Shown here: in pieces, positions 36,461 to 43,056 of the stretch
Numbering within the stretch: position 1 is the first letter of the stretch
How the letters are laid out: each line of letters begins with the position of its first letter
Assembly (NCBI GenBank): GCA_040386535.1
Contig: JAZKFH010000007.1
Coordinates: forward strand, 44,060 to 87,115
Source of the DNA: Myxococcota bacterium
GTDB lineage: Bacteria > Myxococcota_A > UBA796 > SXON01
Length of the DNA stretch: 43,056 bases
Direction of reading: 5' to 3'
Translations under genes and position numbers: made by a program
Notes under the pieces: generated by a model
Databases searched by the model: none
The model's input: only the letters and a program-made list of their open reading frames with translations
What the model was told of the DNA's origin: nothing

Positions 36461-38968
36461 TCAAAACTTCCGCCCCCCGCTCCTTCCCCCGCCGCCGCCA
36501 AAACTCGACCCGCCGCTCCGCCCGCCACCGCCGCCGAAGCTCGACCCCCCGCTCCGCCCGCCGCTGAACCCCGACGACGATGACGACGACCGGTACGCGC
36601 TCCGCGTCGCCGCCGCGGCCGCGGCGCTCGCCGCCGCCCGGGCCGCGCGCTGCCGGCGCTCCTCGGCCTCCCGCGCGAGCCTACGCTGCCGCTCCTCCTC
36701 CTCGCGGATTCGACGCAGGCGCTCCTGCTCCGCGCGCCATGCGGCCGCGGCCAAGCGGGTGGCGTCCGCCCAGGCGCCGAGCACGGCGCGGAGCCGCTCC
36801 TCGCGGGCCTGCCAGTCGACGGGGCCGGTCGTGGGCTCGCCGCGGAGGGTGGTGTGGAGGTGGTCGCCCCCGCCCAGCACGCTCGGGTGGCCGTAGCTCC
36901 CGTAGCTCGCGAGCTCGGTCGCGAAGCCCGCGCGCGCCTCGTCCAGCGTCGCGAGCTGCCGGAGCACGTCGGCCTTGGCGGCGACGAGGCGGCCCATCAC
37001 CCCGACGAGCTGGTCTAGGTTGGCGAGCGCCTCGCCGTGCTCCACCAGCACACGCTCCACGGCCACCTCGGCGGCCACGTGGCGCCGCGCGGCGAGCGCC
37101 TCCCGCGCCGTCCCCAGCGCGGTGCCGGCCTCCGCCAGGTCGGTGGCCGTCTCCTGCACCTCGCGCCACACCCCGCCCATCGTGTGCGCCGCGTGCTCCC
37201 CGGCGAGGCCGTGGACCGACGCCTGCGTGGCGGCAAAGCGCGCGTGCAGGTCCGCCACGCGCTTCTCCGCGGCGGTGCACGCGCCCGCCACGCTCGCGAC
37301 GGTGCGGGTGAGCGTGGCCTTGCGGTCCGCGAGGTCCTCCCACGCCGCCACGGTCGCGTCGGCGGCGATCTCGGCCGCCTCGACCTCCGTGGCGCCGGGC
37401 GCCTGCAACATGCGGCCGAGCGCCGCGTGGAGCGCCTCGGCGAGCGCCAACGCGAGCGCCGGATCGCGTTGGGGAACGTCGACCACCGTGTCCGCGGTGT
37501 CCGGCACGGCGAGCGCCAGGACACGGGCCGCCTCGGCCTCGGCCTTGCCGGTGAGCACGGTGGCGACGGTCTCCGCGGCCTCGGTAGCGCCGGCCAGGGC
37601 CGCGTCGAGCGCGTCCAGGTAGGCCACGGGATCGGCCGCGCGGAGCGCTTCGAGCGCGGCCCAGGCGGCCGCGGCGTCGGCGGCGAGGGGGTGCGCGTCG
37701 GCCCAGGCGCGGGGCAGGCCCGCGGCGTCGAGCGCGGCGTGGTGGAGGGCGAGCGGCTCGGCGGTCAGGTCGTCGGTGGCGCGCCGCAACGTGGCATCCA
37801 CGGCGTCGAGGAGCCGCTCCCAGCCCGCGCGCGCGCGGGTGTAGTCGGCCTCCAGCGCCTCCATGAACGGGAGCGGGGCGATCTCCACGGTCTCCGACGG
37901 GCTCGCGAACAGGCGGTGCTGGATCCGCCCGGTCTCCACCGCGAACGGTGCGTCGAGCGCGGCCTCGGCCGCCAGCCACGGCGCTGCCGCGAGGGGGCCC
38001 GCCACCACGCCGCGCTCCAGCGTGTCCAGGCGCTCACGCAGCGCCGCGAGGCCCACCTGGATGCGGTCGAGCGTCGTCGACACCTCCTTGAACGCCGCCA
38101 GCGTCACCGGGCCCTTCAGCCGCAGCTCCACGATCCGATCGCGCAGCTCGGTGTCCACCCGAAACGACGCGAACGTCGTCTCCGCGCCGTCGAGCCGCCC
38201 CCTGCGCTCGGCCACGCCCGCACGAAACGACGCCTCCGCCGCGCGCGCCCGCCGGCGCCGCAGCGCCGCGCCCGCGCCCAACCCCACCACGACCAGCCCC
38301 CCGCCGCCCCATGGCGCCGCCGCGCGTACCTGCGCCGCCCGCGCCTCGTCCGCGATGCGCTCCTCCTCGTCGCGGACCTTCTTCGCCTCGGCGCGCCGCT
38401 CGGCGGCCTCGCCCTCCGCCTTCAGCGCCGACGCCCGCTGCTCCGCCGCCGCAACCTCCTCGGCCGCCCGCTTCTCGATGGCCGCGAGCCCCTCTCCCAC
38501 CGCGCGGTCCACCGCGGTCACCAGCGCGGCAAGGCCGCCGTCGTAGTCGCTCGCCGCCGCGCGGGGCAGAAAATGGGTGTCGATGAGCGGCAGCAGGCGG
38601 TCGTTGTGCAGCCCGAGCCGCGCGTCCCACTCCGAGCCCATGCGCACGCGCACCTCGCGGTCGTCCATCCCGAGGAGCACCAGCGCGTCGAGCTGGGGCG
38701 AAAACACTCCGTCCTCACGGGCCTCCCAGCTGGCCCACACCTGCTCGATCGCGTCCTCCGTCTCCGAGGCGCGGCCGGGCGCGATCGAGCCGTCGATGAC
38801 CTTCTCGTAGGCCACCACCCACACCTTTCGCTCCGTACGCCCGGCGGCCTCGCTGACCGCCCGCACCGGCAGCTTCCACCGCGTCGGCACCTTGTACACG
38901 CGCGCGTCGGCGGTGGGCGTCGGGATGTCGAGGGCCCAGGCGAGCGGAAGCAGGAGGAGCAGCAACAT
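36461..38968 (-). CDS. TPM (TLP18.3/Psb32/MOLO-1) domain protein with TM helix, long helical region and Gly-rich tail
   Basis: LVLLGMDDREVRVRMG...HFLPRAAASDYDGGL, one TM helix, Ala-rich coiled coil and a GGRSGGSSFGGGG tail. Confidence 0.8.
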   Translation of the reverse strand: MLLLLLLPLAWALDIPTPTADARVYKVPTRWKLPVRAVSEAAGRTERKVWVVAYEKVIDGSIAPGRASETEDAIEQVWASWEAREDGVFSPQLDALVLLGMDDREVRVRMGSEWDARLGLHNDRLLPLIDTHFLPRAAASDYDGGLAALVTAVDRAVGEGLAAIEKRAAEEVAAAEQRASALKAEGEAAERRAEAKKVRDEEERIADEARAAQVRAAAPWGGGGLVVVGLGAGAALRRRRARAAEASFRAGVAERRGRLDGAETTFASFRVDTELRDRIVELRLKGPVTLAAFKEVSTTLDRIQVGLAALRERLDTLERGVVAGPLAAAPWLAAEAALDAPFAVETGRIQHRLFASPSETVEIAPLPFMEALEADYTRARAGWERLLDAVDATLRRATDDLTAEPLALHHAALDAAGLPRAWADAHPLAADAAAAWAALEALRAADPVAYLDALDAALAGATEAAETVATVLTGKAEAEAARVLALAVPDTADTVVDVPQRDPALALALAEALHAALGRMLQAPGATEVEAAEIAADATVAAWEDLADRKATLTRTVASVAGACTAAEKRVADLHARFAATQASVHGLAGEHAAHTMGGVWREVQETATDLAEAGTALGTAREALAARRHVAAEVAVERVLVEHGEALANLDQLVGVMGRLVAAKADVLRQLATLDEARAGFATELASYGSYGHPSVLGGGDHLHTTLRGEPTTGPVDWQAREERLRAVLGAWADATRLAAAAWRAEQERLRRIREEEERQRRLAREAEERRQRAARAAASAAAAAATRSAYRSSSSSSGFSGGRSGGSSFGGGGGRSGGSSFGGGGGRSGGRKF

Positions 38969-39017
38969 CCGCGCGGACTATCGGTCCGCGGCGCCCCGCG
39001 CGAATCCCCGCGCGATC

Positions 39018-40007
39018 CTACACGTTCTCGACTTCGGGAACCCTCGCGCCCTGTGGTTGCGACGCCCCCAGCGTCTGACGCAACAGCTCGTTCGTCAGCG
39101 CGATGGCCGCGCGGGCCGCGGGTGTGTCACGGAGGCCGTCCAACATCAGGAAGTCGTGAATGGTGCCATTGTAACGGACCGACGTGACACGAACGCCAGC
39201 CTGGGCGAGCTTCGACGCGAACGCTTCCCCCTCGTCGCGGAGCACGTCGTTCTCACCGGTGATCACGAGGGTCGGCGGCAGCCCAGACAGTTGGTCGGCC
39301 GAGGCACGCAGCGGCGAGGCGAGGGGCTCGCCGCGGCGCGCCACGTCCGGACAGTAGGCGTTCCAGAACCACTTCATCGCCTCCCGGGTCAGCCAGGGCC
39401 CGTCCGCGAACTGGCGGTAGGAGGGCGTGTCGAAGTCGGCGTCGGTCACCGGATAGAGGAGCACTTGGAACGCGAGCTTCGGGCCCTTCCTCTCCTTCGC
39501 GAGCAGGGCCACGGCGGTCGCCATCTGGCCGCCCGCGCTGTCCCCGGCCACGGCGAGGCGCGCGCGGTCGATTGCCAACACATCCGCGTGCTCCGCGACG
39601 AAACGTGTCACCGCGTAGGCCTGCTCCACGGACACCGGATACCGCGCCTCGGGCGAACGTTCGTAGTCGACCATCACCACCGTCACCCCCGCCCCGTTGG
39701 CGATCTCGCGGACCAGCCGGTCGTGGGTCTCGAGATCCCCCAGGATCCAGCCGCCGCCGTGCAGGTACACCACCGCGGGCAACTTTCCACGCGCGCCCGG
39801 CGGGCGCACCAGGCGCACCCGCACGGACCCAGTGGGCCCCACCGGGAACGTGGCGTCCTCGATGTCCGCGGGCAGCTTGGGTACGTTCCCCGCCTGCGCC
39901 TGCGCGAGCACGCGCCGCGCCGCGTCGGGCGTCAAGGTGTAGAGCGGCGGCCCGCCCGCCGCCACCACGGTGTCGACAAACGCTTGGGTCAACGGATCGA
40001 CAGGCAT
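39018..40007 (-). CDS. Alpha/beta hydrolase, HSL-family esterase/lipase
   Basis: YLHGGGW, GDSAGG, ENDVLRDEGEAF and GTIHDF; GGAGG RBS. Confidence 0.95.
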   Translation of the reverse strand: MPVDPLTQAFVDTVVAAGGPPLYTLTPDAARRVLAQAQAGNVPKLPADIEDATFPVGPTGSVRVRLVRPPGARGKLPAVVYLHGGGWILGDLETHDRLVREIANGAGVTVVMVDYERSPEARYPVSVEQAYAVTRFVAEHADVLAIDRARLAVAGDSAGGQMATAVALLAKERKGPKLAFQVLLYPVTDADFDTPSYRQFADGPWLTREAMKWFWNAYCPDVARRGEPLASPLRASADQLSGLPPTLVITGENDVLRDEGEAFASKLAQAGVRVTSVRYNGTIHDFLMLDGLRDTPAARAAIALTNELLRQTLGASQPQGARVPEVENV

Positions 40008-40134
40008 GCGCGGCTCCCCTCCCCAAAGTTTAGGCTCGCGGCCGTGCCCGGTTGGCGCGGTTTGTCATCGGCGGGCCGCGGTGCCTGCCCGTGGCGGCCC
40101 TCAGCAGGACTGCACAATCCCGCCCAGATGCGCG

Positions 40135-40149
40135 GCATGGTTTGTGCCA
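40135..40149 (-). promoter_or_regulatory. Candidate sigma54 promoter upstream of the esterase
   Basis: Minus strand reads TGGCAC-AAACC-ATGC (GG-N10-GC), about 130 bp upstream of the 40007 start. Confidence 0.4.
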
Positions 40150-40192
40150 TTCCGCGGTGGCGGCTCGGGGGGCACGGGAGCATGTTCCCCCC

Positions 40193-41530
40193 GTGGAAAC
40201 GTCATCCTTTGGAACGCCGGATCCGCGACGCGGGACCGCGCGCGACCGGACGACTGTCGTGTCATTCATCACATTTGTCGTGGCACTCGCCGTGCGTGCC
40301 ACGTGGCTCCTCGTCTACCAGCGGCCCGCGGACGGTGTCTTCTCCGACATGGCCGGCTACGTCGCGCGCGCCCAGGCGCTGCTCCAGGGCCAGGACGACG
40401 AGACCTGTTTCCCGCCCGGCGCCCATTGGTTCTACGGCGCCCAATTGGCCCTCTGGGGCCCCGACGGCCTCGGCGCCATGGGGTGGGTCCACGTCGTGTT
40501 GGGCGCCTCGCTCGCCCCCCTGTCCGCGCTCCTCGCCCGCCGCGTGTCCGGGACCGTCGCCGCCGCCGCCGTCGTCGGCGGCCTGGTCGCGATCTGGCAC
40601 CCGCTCGTGACGTTCGGCGGCTACTTCTCCTCTGAGCTCCCCTTCGCCGTCGCGTTGCTCGCGAGCGTCCTGGGTTGGGTCCGGTGGTTACAAACGGGCC
40701 GCGGTGCTGTGGTTCCAGGCGTTGCCATGGGGCTCGCCTACCTCATCCGCCCAACCGCGCTCCTCGCCTTCGTCCTGCTTTTTGTGTGGTCGTGCCTCCG
40801 CGGCCTCGGCTCCCGGCGCGGGCGGTTCACCGTCCTCGCGCCGGTGTTGCTCGCCATCCTGCTCGGCGCGGCGCGCTACCACGACCGCACGGGCCGGTGG
40901 GGCCTCATCTCCGACAACGGCGCCGTCGCCAGCTTCTTCGCCTGGACCGACTACCTCGGCCTCCAGGCGACCCCGCCGCCCGGCGCGCCGGTGCCCGTCC
41001 AACGCGGCTTCCACCCGCCCTCGCGCAACACCCGCGATTTTCTGCCGGACTACACCTACACCGGGCTCCGGTGTGATCCCACGCCCCTGCTCGCCGAGCG
41101 CGACCGTGTCATCGCGGCGTCCAGCGCCACCACGTTGGCCGCGCGTGTGCTCCGCAACGTCACCTCCCTGTTCGCCGGCAACCCCCTGTGGCCCGAACGA
41201 ACCCGCGCCACCGAGGGGTTCCGCCAGGCGCTCCAGACACAATGGCCGTGGGTGGTGACAGCGGCGCTGCTCCCCTTGTCGTGCTTGGGTCTGGTGTGTC
41301 ACCTCCTCTCCTTCCGGAGCCCGCGCCCCTCGAAGCGACGCACGGCACGGACCACCGTGGCCGTCTGCCTCCTCTCCGCGGTGCTCGCGGCCGCCGCCTA
41401 CACCGGCGAGGTGCGCTACCGCGTGCCCTACGACCCGCTCCTGTTGGTGTTCGCGGTGTACGGCGTGGGGTGTGTCGTGCGGTGCCTCCGCGAGCTACGG
41501 GGCGGCGAGCCTGGAGCGCCAAGTGCCTGA
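40193..41530 (+). CDS. GT-C membrane glycosyltransferase (PMT/ArnT-like)
   Basis: FSDMAGY, FPPG, FSSELPF, LIRPT, SDNG and EVRYRVPYDP; multiple TM segments. Start uncertain (GTG 40193). Confidence 0.78.
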   Translation: METSSFGTPDPRRGTARDRTTVVSFITFVVALAVRATWLLVYQRPADGVFSDMAGYVARAQALLQGQDDETCFPPGAHWFYGAQLALWGPDGLGAMGWVHVVLGASLAPLSALLARRVSGTVAAAAVVGGLVAIWHPLVTFGGYFSSELPFAVALLASVLGWVRWLQTGRGAVVPGVAMGLAYLIRPTALLAFVLLFVWSCLRGLGSRRGRFTVLAPVLLAILLGAARYHDRTGRWGLISDNGAVASFFAWTDYLGLQATPPPGAPVPVQRGFHPPSRNTRDFLPDYTYTGLRCDPTPLLAERDRVIAASSATTLAARVLRNVTSLFAGNPLWPERTRATEGFRQALQTQWPWVVTAALLPLSCLGLVCHLLSFRSPRPSKRRTARTTVAVCLLSAVLAAAAYTGEVRYRVPYDPLLLVFAVYGVGCVVRCLRELRGGEPGAPSA

Positions 41531-41551
41531 ACGTCCGCCCGCCGGCACGAA

Positions 41552-41618
41552 CGGGCGCGCCCCCGCGGACGGGGCCGGGTGTCTTCCGCGGTCGGGCTCC
41601 GCCCTCCGTCGTCCCGCT
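41552..41618 (+). repeat. Dispersed intergenic repeat (family A), copy 2
   Basis: Near-identical blocks with 3585-3661. Confidence 0.75.
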
Positions 41619-41676
41619 TTATTTGTAGCGCTCCCGGCGCCACTGCGCGACAATGCGGTTCTCCTCGGACGACCGA

Positions 41677-42309
41677 ATGCGTACCTCCCTGCTCCTCTTC
41701 CCGGCCCTCCTCGTCGCCTGCGGCCAAACCGGTGAAGAAGGGGACACCGTCGTGAGGTGCACCGTGGTCTCCAGCGTGGAGGTTCCCAACGACGACGCGA
41801 GCCTCGGGTTCTCCGCGGAGGACGCCGTCGCCACCCTCGACGGCCGCGCCTGGGACGTGGCGTGGCAGGATGACGAGTTGTACGCAGGCTCCTCGCTCAC
41901 GCGCCTCACCACGACCGCGGGTTTTGGCGCAGGGGCCGTCCGCAAGCTGGAGCTCGCGGAGCTCGACCAGTGCGAGTACGTCGGCACGTTCCTCCTCGTC
42001 CCGACCACCCTCGGCTTCTCCGACGCCGACGCCACCTTCGCCGCGTCGGGATCGTCCGCCGGCATCGCCGTGTTCGGGCTCTCGGACGACGACACGCACC
42101 TCGACTACGGGGAGGAGGACATCCTGGTGTCCACGCTCCCCGCCGACCTCGCCGAGGCGGGTGAGGCGGCCCTGCCGCCTTCGGACGACACCGCCAGGAC
42201 GTTCTCCGTCGCCCTCGAGGGGGCCGCCTCGGCGCTGCTGCTCCACCTGCAGGTCGTAGACGGCAACAGCCTCGCCGCCGTCGCCTCGGCGGAGCTCTCG
42301 GGCATGTGA
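41677..42309 (+). CDS. Hypothetical lipoprotein (paralog of 8783-9409)
   Basis: MRTSLLLFPALLVAC lipobox; motifs GFSAEDAV, WQD and C..GTFL.V. Confidence 0.75.
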   Translation: MRTSLLLFPALLVACGQTGEEGDTVVRCTVVSSVEVPNDDASLGFSAEDAVATLDGRAWDVAWQDDELYAGSSLTRLTTTAGFGAGAVRKLELAELDQCEYVGTFLLVPTTLGFSDADATFAASGSSAGIAVFGLSDDDTHLDYGEEDILVSTLPADLAEAGEAALPPSDDTARTFSVALEGAASALLLHLQVVDGNSLAAVASAELSGM

Positions 42310-42330
42310 GGGCGCCCGTCCCCAGTCACC

Positions 42331-42795
42331 TCACGGCAGGCATTTCCCCCGCAAGAGCCCCGGCCACCCCTCGGGGCAGGCCCGCGCGATCTGCTCCCAC
42401 TCCGCGACCAACTCGCCGCCGCCGAGGAGAGGGTCGTCGTGCCAATCGGGGGCGAGCGCGCGTGCGAGGGCCCTGACCACCGCGGGATCGACCGCCTCCC
42501 GCCGGGCGAACCGGCTTGTGTGGAGGCGCGTCTCCGCGACGGCCAGCGCCACCATCCCCTTCTCGGGCACGTCCTCCACCGCGATGGAGCGGGGAATGTA
42601 GACGACGCCCAACCAGCTCTGGGAGGGGCGGTGTCGCAGTTGGAGCACCACGCGTGTCGCTGGCGGACCGAGCAGCGCGCCGGCGGAGGCCTGTACCACG
42701 CGGAATTCCATGGCAAAATCCGCCAGGCGCGACTCCGTGTCACGAAACGCGATCACGGTGCCCGTCGGGTCCGAATAACACCGCGCATCGGTCAC
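42331..42795 (-). CDS. Hypothetical protein
   Basis: The C-terminal ~150 codons look coding. The start is uncertain: the frame stays open towards the window end but crosses a poly-A tract. Confidence 0.5.
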   Translation of the reverse strand: MTDARCYSDPTGTVIAFRDTESRLADFAMEFRVVQASAGALLGPPATRVVLQLRHRPSQSWLGVVYIPRSIAVEDVPEKGMVALAVAETRLHTSRFARREAVDPAVVRALARALAPDWHDDPLLGGGELVAEWEQIARACPEGWPGLLRGKCLP

Positions 42796-43056
42796 CAGGC
42801 CCACCCCACGGACCCACACCACCGCGGCCCCCTTGGTGCCAGGCGCGAGCGCGAGCGACCCACCCGGTCGGAGGTAGAAGGATTGGTTACGCTTTTTTTT
42901 GCTCCGTCGACCCACACCGAAGGGTCGTGCAGCCCGGTCAACCGTACGGTGGCGCCGAGGGGCCCCCCAGCCAGGCCCGTACACACCGCTCCTCCGCCGG
43001 ACTGACCATTGATCACATCGCATCTCCACCGCCTTGAAGGCGCCGAAGTCGGGACA

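Noticed and set aside
36461..36600. Tandem repeats at the 3' end of the TPM gene
   Set aside because: They encode the ordinary Gly/Ser-rich tail of TPM-family proteins.
42893..42900. T8 homopolymer as a terminator or phase-variation tract
   Set aside because: There is no convincing upstream stem and the start of the adjacent gene is unresolved, so it cannot be supported.

Overview
Very GC-rich bacterial chromosomal window, probably Myxococcota/Deltaproteobacteria-like (inferred from the split atp operon, MopE-type repeats, an AgmC-like domain and many acidic lipoproteins). Recognisable genes: murJ, a fabL-like SDR and a TPR protein in one operon; a metallophosphoesterase; a Tat-type phosphoesterase/phospholipase C; an ABC-2 transporter; a DksA/TraR zinc finger; a TRAP transporter (dctPQM); the ATP synthase block atpF'-F-H-A-G-D-C (no a/c subunits here); a YiiX-like peptidase; GST; a TPM protein; an HSL-family esterase; and a GT-C glycosyltransferase. 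Between them lie about a dozen uncharacterised lipoproteins/secreted proteins. I see no rRNA, tRNA, CRISPR array or transposase. Most unusual signals: (1) a ~180-190 bp non-coding element present twice (6.9 kb and 34.7 kb), each with four GTCATG-N6-TGAAYG-like sites arranged as two inward-facing pairs at exactly 31-bp spacing; (2) many genes with a TANNNT-like box 5-7 nt before the start codon (probable leaderless mRNAs), often encoding very short uncharged signal peptides; (3) an apparently dead hybrid histidine kinase and an apparently dead ABC/SMC-type ATPase in neighbouring operons; (4) several families of dispersed palindromic intergenic repeats. All family assignments come from motif recognition by eye, with no database searches.
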